DNA from: Mycoplasmoides genitalium G37
Lineage (GTDB): Bacteria; Bacillota_I; Bacilli_A; Mycoplasmatales; Mycoplasmoidaceae
Assembly: GCF_000027325.1 (NCBI RefSeq)
Contig: NC_000908.2
Location: forward strand, 510,001-542,000
Direction: 5' to 3'
DNA: 32,000 nt
Of the stretch, positions 23,746 to 32,000 are shown one piece after another (position 1 is the stretch's first letter; each line of letters starts with the position of its first letter). The notes below the pieces were generated by a model, which saw only the letters and a list, made by a program, of their open reading frames with translations, was not told where the DNA came from and searched no databases. The position numbers and the translations under genes are program-made.

Positions 23746-23806
23746 ATTTAAAAAAAGGATAAATTTAAGAAATTAAATTTCGCTTTAGCAGTCGATAATT
23801 GATCAT

Positions 23807-24322
23807 ATGAAAAATAATATTAGTGATGTAAAGTTGGGACTGTTAGCAGCAAAAATTTATTGAAAATCTTGACGCTTTTTAGAGTTAACAGAAGATGACA
23901 TTATCTCTATTGCACTTCATGCAGAGCAAGATTCTAAGAAGCGTTTTAATCCTGAATTTGGCTTAAGTTTTGACAACTATCTCAAATTAAATGGAGCAAA
24001 TTTCATTAGATCAAGTTTTAGAAGTATGGTGAATAAAGTTGAATTGCTTGATTCTAAAAGTAAATACTCATTAGAAAAGCAAAACACAGTTCTAAATACA
24101 CCTGAAAACTATTTACGGAGTTTAGAATTTAAAGAAATTATTACTAAAGCTTTTAATAAAGCTAAAAACGATCAAGAGAGAAAAGTTTTTTCTTTATATG
24201 TAAAGGGCTATAAAAACTTTGAGATAGCAAAAAAGCTCAATATTAGTCCTAGAAGAGTGAGATATTTATTAGATCTTTTTAAAAGCTACATCAAATTGCT
24301 AACAGAAAGATATGGATATTAA
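23807..24322 (+). CDS. Sigma-factor-like protein (171 aa), corresponds to MG428, reported as a regulator of recombination genes
   Basis: MKNNISDVKLGLLAAKIYWKSWRFLELTEDD...; C-terminal 'VFSLYVKGYKNFEIAKKLNISPRRVRYLLDLFKSYIKLL' has the form of sigma-70 region 4 helix-turn-helix. Identity with MG428 rests on synteny and length. Confidence 0.75.
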
Positions 24323-26037
24323 ATAAAGATATTTTTCTTTTTAAAGAAATTTTCTACTAGTTTTCTAACAGCACTATCACTAGTTAATTTCAATGCTTTT
24401 TCAACTAATGATTTACATTCATTAATTGTTATTTTAGCAATAACCATTCTTGCTTTAAACATTGAACTTGCACTCATTGATAACTCTGTTAACCCTAAAC
24501 CTAAAAGCAACGGTATTGCATATTGATCACTGGCCATTTCACCACACATTCCAGTTCAAACATTATTTAATTTACCACCTTCTACAACTAGTTTAATTAA
24601 GCGTAGTAATGCTGGATTTAATGGTTGGTATAGATAACTAACGTTTTTATTCATCCTATCAGCAGCAAAACTATATTGGATTAAATCATTGCTACCTATT
24701 GAGAAAAAATCAACATGTTTTCCTAAGCAATCAGCTGCTAATGCTGCTGATGGAATTTCAATCATTATTCCTAATTTAAATTTCTTAGTTTCATTAAATT
24801 CTTGTTGAACTTTTGTTAAAAGTTGCTTAACTTGAACTAATTCATCAAGAGTTGCAACCATTGGAAACATAATTCCTAAATTTCCATAATCAGAAGCTCT
24901 TAATAAAGCACGAAGTTGGGTCTTAAAAACAGCTTGTTTATCTAATGTTAAACGGATAGCACGATAACCTAAGAAAGGGTTATCTTCATGAGGAAATTGA
25001 AAATAATTTAGTTTTTTATCTCCACCAATGTCTAATGTTCTAATTATTACCAAATCATTTTTAGCTTTTTGTAAAACAGTTTTATAAGCTTCAAATTGAA
25101 CTGATTCATCAGGTCAATCTTGACTACTCATATAGAGAAATTCAGTTCTAAAAAGACCAATTCCATTCGTGTTATACTCAACTGCTAAATCCATATCTTT
25201 TACATTACCAATATTAGAAGCGACAATAACTTCATATCCATCTAAGGTTTTTACTAATTTATTGGTATATTGTTTTAATTCATTTTGAAAGTTGGATTCC
25301 AACTCTTTTTCTTGTTTTCATTGAGTTATGTCTTTACTTGAAAAGTCAAAACCCACAATACCTTTTCTACCATTGATACCAACTGTTTTGCCATCTTCAA
25401 CTTTACTGGTAATATTTTTTAAACCAACTATGGCAGGAATTTCCATAGAACGAGCCATAATGGCAGCATGACTTGTTTTACCACCACTCTCAGTTAAAAA
25501 ACCCTTGACATACTTTTTATTAAGAGTTGCTGTTTGACTTGGTGTTAAATCATTAGCTACTATAATGACATCACTTTTAATCCTGATTAAATCATTAAGT
25601 TTTACTCCAGTTAAATAACTTAAGAGCCTTTGGTGTAAATCTAATATATCACTGGCACGTTCTTTAAAATACTTATCATCCATTTCACTAAACATTAAAG
25701 CTGTTTGTTGAAAAACATTATCAACAGCAATAACAGGATGGATGTTTTTATTTAGTTGTTGTTCTAATTGCTCAGTGATAGTAGGATCATTAAGAATTTG
25801 GATGTGTGCATCAAAAATCATTCCTGCTTCTTGATTAATATTCTTAACAGTAATTGTCTTAATCTCTTCAAGGTCTTTTTTTGCTTTTTGAAAAGCACTG
25901 CTTAAAAGCTTTTTTGCTTGGGTGGGTGTCATTTTGACATTTGTGTATTTTTTAACGTCAAATTGAGGTGTTTGAATAATGAAAGCTTTTGCAACAGCAA
26001 TGCCATCTGAAACACCAATCCCAATTATTTTTTTCAT
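24319..26037 (-). CDS. ptsI: Phosphoenolpyruvate-protein phosphotransferase (PTS enzyme I, 572 aa)
   Basis: '[13 protein letters not shown]', active-site '[23 protein letters not shown]', '[15 protein letters not shown]', '[17 protein letters not shown]'. Confidence 0.96.
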
Positions 26038-26040
26038 AGG

Positions 26041-27564
26041 TTAATTGTTATTTTTTAATAAGGATTTTGCAGTCATCTCTTTTGGTTTGCTAAGGTTAAG
26101 ATATTCCAAGATAGTAGGAGCAATATTAGCTAAAATTCCAGTTTGATTAAAGTTAACATTTTTGTCAGTACATACAAATGGTACAGGATTAATAGTGTGT
26201 TTAGTAACTGGATTGTTATTATTATCAATCATCACTTCTGCATTCCCATGATCTGCAGTTAAAAACATAGTTATTTGATTAGCTTTACAAAAATCAACTA
26301 TTCGTTTAATTTGAACATCGAGTGCTTCAAGAGCTTTAATGCAAGCTTGATAGTTACCAGTATGACCTACCATATCAGGATTAGCAAAATTTAAAACAGT
26401 AAAATCAAAGTTATTAAGCTTTTCTAGTAGTGCATCAGTAATAGCTTTACATGACATTTCGGGAGCTAAATCATATGTAGCAACTTTTAAAGAAGGAATT
26501 AATGTCTTTGTTTCATTGCTGAGATTAACTTCAAAACCACCATCAAAAAAGAAAGTAACGTGAGCATACTTTTCAGTTTCTGCAATCCTCAATTGCTTCA
26601 AATTATTATTAGCAATTACTTCACCAAGACTATTTTTAATGGTTTGAGGTGGAAAAGCAAATTCGCTAGGTACAATTCCCTCATAATTCATCATTGTTAC
26701 AAAAAATAAATTTTCTTTTCGTTTCAATTCAGGTTGATAGTTGTAATAATTGCTGTTAAAGATCAAATGGGACATTTGTCTTGCTCTATCAGGTCTAAAA
26801 TTAAAGAAAATAACTCCATCATTATTGTTTAATGCAAACTGATCAGAATTTAAATTGGCATTAATTGCAGGATAAATAAATTCATCAGTAATTTGGTTCT
26901 GATATTGCGTTTCAATATAACCAATTGGGTCATTGAATTTATTTTTTGAAACTCCTAATAAAGCTTTATAAGCAATCATTTCACGATCCCAGCGTTGATC
27001 ACGATCCATTCCATAGTATCTTCCCCCAATAGTTCCAATAACAACATTAGGATAGTTTTTTAGAAATATCATTAATTTCTCAAGATCTTGTTTTAAGCTA
27101 CAAGGTGCTACATCTCTACCATCACCAAATAAATGTAATACTACCTTTGCATGTTTTGAAAACAATTCAATGAGTGCTAATAGATGTTCATTATGACTAT
27201 GCACTCCTCCATTGGAAAATAACCCAATTAAATGGATTTTTGAATGGTTTTTTTCTACATGTTCTATGGTTTTTAAAAAAGCTTTATTTGCAAAAAAACT
27301 ACGATCCTTAATATGTTGATTAATCAAAGAAAGTCCAGTATAAACAACTCGACCTGCCCCAATATTTAGATGACCTACCTCAGAGTTACCTATTTGACCC
27401 ATAGGCAATCCAACTGCTTCCCCAGATGCATCTAAAAGTACACAAGGATATGAATTGATTAATTCATCTAGCATTGGGGTATTTGCATTTTGTACTGCAT
27501 TACCATAAATAGCATTTGAGATCCCATAACCATCAAGGATTGCTAATAAAACTTTTTTATGCAT
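26041..27564 (-). CDS. gpmI: 2,3-bisphosphoglycerate-independent phosphoglycerate mutase (507 aa)
   Basis: 'LLAILDGYGIS', 'MGQIGNSEVGHLNIGAGRVVYT', 'LFGDGRDVAPCS', 'FLTADHGNAEVM'. Confidence 0.97.
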   Translation of the reverse strand: MHKKVLLAILDGYGISNAIYGNAVQNANTPMLDELINSYPCVLLDASGEAVGLPMGQIGNSEVGHLNIGAGRVVYTGLSLINQHIKDRSFFANKAFLKTIEHVEKNHSKIHLIGLFSNGGVHSHNEHLLALIELFSKHAKVVLHLFGDGRDVAPCSLKQDLEKLMIFLKNYPNVVIGTIGGRYYGMDRDQRWDREMIAYKALLGVSKNKFNDPIGYIETQYQNQITDEFIYPAINANLNSDQFALNNNDGVIFFNFRPDRARQMSHLIFNSNYYNYQPELKRKENLFFVTMMNYEGIVPSEFAFPPQTIKNSLGEVIANNNLKQLRIAETEKYAHVTFFFDGGFEVNLSNETKTLIPSLKVATYDLAPEMSCKAITDALLEKLNNFDFTVLNFANPDMVGHTGNYQACIKALEALDVQIKRIVDFCKANQITMFLTADHGNAEVMIDNNNNPVTKHTINPVPFVCTDKNVNFNQTGILANIAPTILEYLNLSKPKEMTAKSLLKNNN

Positions 27565-28291
27565 ATACCCTAGCCATTTCTAAAAAGTTTTTAATTTCTA
27601 AAGATGCTTTACCAACTAAAAATCCATCAATTTGTTCCATTATTGCTAGTTTTTGGATATTATTATGATCAACTGATCCGCCATATAGAATTGAGATATT
27701 GTTAGCAACATTTTCATCATATAAGTCATTAATATATTCCCTAATGGTTTTAATGGTTTGATTTGCAACTTCAGGAGTTGCTGTTTTACCTGTCCCAATT
27801 GCTCACAAAGGTTCATAAGCAATAACTAAATTTTTAATTAAGCTTTTGTCAATCGTATCTAAGCAATTAGTAAGATCAGTTTTAAGAAAGCTAATCTCTT
27901 GTCCTAAAGCCTCACCAATACATAAAACTACTTGCATGGATGCTTTTAGACAAGCAAAGAGCTTTTGATTAATAACTGCACTGGTTTCGTTATAGTATTT
28001 TCTTCTTTCAGAATGACCAATAATACTGTTGTTAACACCAATGTCTTGAAGTTGAGTAAAGCTTACAGTTCCAGTATATGAACCACTTTCAATAAAGTTA
28101 GCGTCTTGGGCAAATAAAAGGAGACTATCACTAATTATTTTTTTTATTTCAGTGAGATGAACATAAACAGGTGCTATCCCAATTTTGGCATTGTAATTAA
28201 GTTTATTTTGTTGAAATTGTTCAACAAAACTAACTGCGTCTTTTAAATTTTTATTTGTTTTCCAATTGCCAATTAAATACCTTGTGCGCAT
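27557..28291 (-). CDS. tpiA: Triosephosphate isomerase (244 aa)
   Basis: MRTRYLIGNWKTNKN.., 'NNSIIGHSERRKYY', 'AYEPLWAIGTGK'; joined across TGA; TAA at 27557-27559. Confidence 0.95.
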
Positions 28292-28350
28292 ATGAAAGAT
28301 TTTATAAGTTTTCAAAAACCATTTTCTTTTCCAACTAATTGATCATTAAG

Positions 28351-29547
28351 TTATGACTTGTTTTCAGTTCCATGTTTTGTTTGCTTATTGGTACGTCTAT
28401 CATAGATATAGCCATCAAGCTTTTTAATAAAAGTAATGGAAAACAAAGCATCACGATCAAACTTTCTCACATCTTCTAAAAGCTTAGCAGCTTTAATAAG
28501 CAAACAATTAGTTACAAGCACTTGGGTTTTTTGGCGTGAATATCCTCCTTCAGCTTCAAACATTGTGATTGAAAATCACTGTTGATTATCAAGTAGATAG
28601 TTACGAATTTTTTCTATGTGCTTACCATAAACTTCTACTTTTACAAATTGATACTTAGGGAAATAAAAAGAAGTAAATAATCCCAACACAATGTTCATCA
28701 ATAGAGTAAAAACGAGGTTTGGAGATAAAAAGAAAGCAACTCCAAATGGCTGGTGTTTATCATCACCAACATAAGATTGCACTGATAAACTACCAGTTAA
28801 ATAAGTACCAATTACATAGCCAATAATAAAGCTAACTGTATTAATTAGCATCAAAATTCCACCAATGTCTTTGTATTTTTTTTCAGAATATCAGAATGCT
28901 AAAAAGTCAAGACCGCCTGTAGAAGCGTCAATAATTAAAATAACTGAATAAAAAACTGCTTGTAAAAACCCCCAAATAAGTCCATAAAAAAGTAAAGATA
29001 CTTGTTTTTCAGCAGATTTTTCTCAAAATATAAGTTGTACTCCCTTTTCATTAATTAAATTTTCAAATCCACCATCTTTTGCTGTAGTTAAATTTGCAAA
29101 CAAAAAGAAGTTATCTATTCCAGGGATGTATGAAAAGAAAAAACCAAAAAGATTTGAAACAGCTACAAAATAAAGGGTTAATAGGGTAAATTTTTTGGAG
29201 ATTTTAAACCATCCAAAAATAAAGAAAGGAACATTAAAAAGAATTTGTGTTAACCAAAAAATAGCATTAAATATAGTTGCTGAATCAACATTAATATTTT
29301 GTGAAGTAATAAAAAAATTAACAAGACGAGCTAATCCTTGGCTAATGGAAGCCATACCAATGTCATAAAGTCCTGAAAACTGAACAAAAATAACACCAAG
29401 TAATCCTCAAAAAAAAGCAACTATTGTCAAAATTACAAGTTGTAAATAAAGCTTTTTAAGGTTGTATATAGATTGAAACTTAAGAAATGATCCAGAAAGA
29501 TGAATCCTTACAAAATTACCTGAAATTTTGATGTTTTTATCTTTCAT
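28351..29547 (-). CDS. Multipass membrane protein, YitT-like with C-terminal DUF2179-like domain (about 398 aa)
   Basis: Several hydrophobic segments; C-terminal 'MFEAEGGYSRQKTQVLVTNCLLIKAAKLLEDVRKFDRDALFSITFIKKLDGYIYD' resembles the DUF2179 domain; one frame joined across TGA from ATG at 29547-29545. Confidence 0.75.
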
Positions 29548-29632
29548 AGTTAAGAACAATTATTTTAATAATTTTGGTAATTAATAATTTCTTATTTACT
29601 ATCTTATTAGTAATATTAAGCTTAGTGCAATA

Positions 29633-30529
29633 ATGGCAACGAAAATAGAGCTAATAAAAGAATTGCGTAAATCAACACAAGCAAGTGTTATGGATTGTAA
29701 ACAAGCTTTGGAAAAAAATAATGATGATTTTGAGAAAGCTGTTAAGTGATTAAGAGAAAATGGCATTGTTAAATCAACCAAAAAATTAAATAAGGTTGCA
29801 AGTGAAGGAATTATTGTTTTAAAAAGCAATTTACACAAGGCAATTATGGTTGAGATAAACTCACAAACTGATTTTGTAGCCAAAAATCAAGAGTTAAAAG
29901 AATTTTCAGATTTAATGCTTGAAAAAATATTTGAAAAAGTAAATCCAAAAACAGAATTAGTTGAAATTGAAAAAATTCAAATTAATAATGATGAAAAAGT
30001 TAGTGAAAAACTAGCATTAATTGCTTCTAAAACTGATGAGAAAATAGTACTTAGAAGAGTAGTTGTATTTGAAACTAAAACTAATCAAATTTTCACCTAT
30101 TTACATGCCAATAAAAGAATTGGGGTAATTATTGAGATTCAAGGAAAACTCAACGAAGATGATGGTAAGCATTTAGCAATGCATATTGCTGCTAATTCAC
30201 CACAATTTATTGATCAAAGTGATGTTAATCAAACATGACTTCAAAATGAAAGAAATATTATCCGTTCCCAAGCAGAATTAGAGGTTAAAGAAAATCCTAA
30301 AAAAGCAATTTTTTTAGAAAAAACTATTGAAGGTAGAGTTAACAAATTACTAATTGATACCTGCTTAATTAACCAAAAATACTTAATTGATGAAACTAAA
30401 ACAATTGGTCAATTTTTAAAAGAAAAACAAGCTAAGGTTCTTAAATTTATTAGGTATGAAGTGGGAGAGGGGATTATAAAGGAAACTGTTGATTTTGTTA
30501 GTGAAGTAAATGCACAAATCAAACAATAA
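29633..30529 (+). CDS. tsf: Translation elongation factor Ts (298 aa)
   Basis: MATKIELIKELRKSTQASVMDCKQALEKNNDDFEKAVKWLRENG.., 'VEINSQTDFVAKN'; TAA at 30527-30529. Confidence 0.96.
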
Positions 30530-31241
30530 AATCCGCCAAAGAATAATCATTAAACTTAGTGGTGCTGGGCTAACCAAAGAAAATTCTCAACCCTTTTCTA
30601 ATGATTTTTTTGAAACTATTATTAATCAATTAAAAGTTTTAAAAGAAAGCTATCAAGTAGGAATTGTTATTGGTGGGGGTAACATTATCAGAGGTAATAA
30701 TTGCCAAGAATTTAACATTGCTGAATACCATGGTCATCAACTTGGTATTATAGCAACAGTAGTTAATGGCTATTTTTTAAAAGCAAAGTTAGATGCACAT
30801 AATTTGAAAAGTGCTTTACTAAGTGCAATTAGTTGTCCTAGTTTAGCAGTGCAAATTCTTTCACAGCAAACTATTGATAAAGCTTTTGAAGAGAATGACT
30901 TTGTCATTTTTTCAGGTGGCACTGGTAATCCTTATTTTTCCACTGACACTGCATTAGCTTTAAGAGCAGTGCAAACAAAAGCAGTTGCTATTCTGATTGG
31001 AAAAAATGGTGTTGATGGTGTTTATACAGCTGATCCTAAAAAAGATAAAAATGCAACCTTTTTACCAACACTCAACTATGACCATGCCATTAAAAATGAT
31101 TTGAAAATTATGGATATTACTGCTTTTACTATGTGTAAGGAAAATAATCTGAAAATAATTATTTTTAACATTAATGCTGAGAATGCATTATTAGATGCAT
31201 TAAACAAAAAAGGTCGCTTTACTATAATTGAAAATAACTAA
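30510..31241 (+). CDS. pyrH: Uridylate kinase (243 aa)
   Basis: 'RIIIKLSGAGLTKE', 'GIVIGGGNIIRG', 'FSGGTGNPYFSTDTALALRA', 'DGVYTADPKKDKNATF'. Confidence 0.94.
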   Translation: MHKSNNKIRQRIIIKLSGAGLTKENSQPFSNDFFETIINQLKVLKESYQVGIVIGGGNIIRGNNCQEFNIAEYHGHQLGIIATVVNGYFLKAKLDAHNLKSALLSAISCPSLAVQILSQQTIDKAFEENDFVIFSGGTGNPYFSTDTALALRAVQTKAVAILIGKNGVDGVYTADPKKDKNATFLPTLNYDHAIKNDLKIMDITAFTMCKENNLKIIIFNINAENALLDALNKKGRFTIIENN

Positions 31242-31792
31242 TGACAAAAGCACATTACATTGATTTTTTTAAACAAGCAGCTGATAAAAAAATTCAATGA
31301 TTAAAAGAAGAGTTAACAAAGATTAGAACAGGTAGGCCAAATCCTAAAATCTTTGATAATCTTTTGATTGAAAGTTATGGACAAAAAATGCCTTTAATAT
31401 CTTTAGCTCAAGTGACTATTAATCCGCCAAGAGAAATAATCATAAAACCATTTGATCCTAAGAGTAATACTAATGCTATTTACAGTGAAATTCAGCGGGC
31501 AAACATTGGTGTTCAACCAGTTATTGATGGTGAAAAAATTCGTGTTAATTTTCCCCAAATTACTCAAGAAACTCGCTTAGAAAATATTAAGCACGTTAAA
31601 AAAATAATAGAGCAAATTTATCAAGAACTGAGGGTTGTAAGAAGAGATGCATTACAAATGATTAAAAAAGATAATCACAATGAGGATTTAGAAAACTCTT
31701 TAAAAGCTGAAATAGAAAAAATTAACAAAAATTATTCTAATCAATTAGAAGAGATTCAAAAAGACAAAGAAAAAGAATTGCTAACAATTTAA
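31241..31792 (+). CDS. frr: Ribosome recycling factor (183 aa)
   Basis: MTKAHYIDFFKQAADKKIQWLKEELTKIRTGRPNPKIFDNLLIESYGQKMPL..; 'RREIIIKPFD', 'VNFPQITQETR'. Confidence 0.94.
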
Positions 31793-32000
31793 ATGAATGA
31801 AAAAGCAAAACAATTCATCAAAAAGCGAACTTCAGTATTCATTGCTTTATTAGTTGTATTTTGCTTTTTTCTTTTAATTAGCGCATTTGCTGATGGTTTT
31901 AACTTTTGATCACCGTGATCAGCAGATTTCAATTCAAGAACATTAAAAGTAGAACAAGCAAGTGGTGTTACTAGTGTTATTAGTACTGAGATTAATGAAA
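31793..32000 (+). CDS. N-terminus of a membrane protein, probably phosphatidate cytidylyltransferase (CdsA) by position after frr; truncated by window end
   Basis: ATG at 31793 gives [45 protein letters not shown]..; the catalytic region is outside the window, so the product call rests on frr-cdsA synteny. Confidence 0.55.

Noticed and set aside
29599-29883. 94 aa minus-strand ORF
   Set aside because: Antisense to the conserved N-terminus of tsf; no independent support.
1-32000. Search for CRISPR arrays, tRNA/rRNA genes, insertion sequences, prophage genes, toxin-antitoxin or restriction-modification modules, and long tandem repeats
   Set aside because: None seen on reading. Nearly all sequence is accounted for by closely packed housekeeping or conserved mycoplasma genes.

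Overview
This 32 kb window is an ordinary, very compact stretch of mycoplasma chromosome. Gene content and order match my memory of Mycoplasma genitalium (MG407 to MG437); no database search was done. TGA is read as Trp (genetic code 4), so the supplied ORF track, made with TGA as stop, breaks most genes into fragments. I rejoined them into about 26 CDSs: eno (partial), msrA, phoU-like, pstB, a fused pstC-pstA permease, a PstS-like lipoprotein, two large paralogous membrane-anchored proteins, rpsI, rplM, dnaX, uvrA, an uncharacterised 835 aa protein, an RNase J family protein, rpsO, a DEAD-box helicase, rpmB, osmC, a sigma-like factor, ptsI, gpmI, tpiA, a YitT/DUF2179-like membrane protein, tsf, pyrH, frr and a partial gene in the cdsA position. 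I see no tRNA, rRNA, CRISPR array, prophage or insertion sequence. The best leads are two adjacent genes that look like degenerate versions of known enzymes. The RNase J homologue (19532..21217) has lost the HxHxDH motif and two other expected metal-ligand histidines. The 835 aa protein next to it (16987..19494) has ends that look like an eroded ABC ATPase. Other leads are the tandem paralogues at 6245..11414, the fused permease, the sigma-like factor with its terminator and hairpin, and a few small palindromes. I found no clearly new defence or mobile system.
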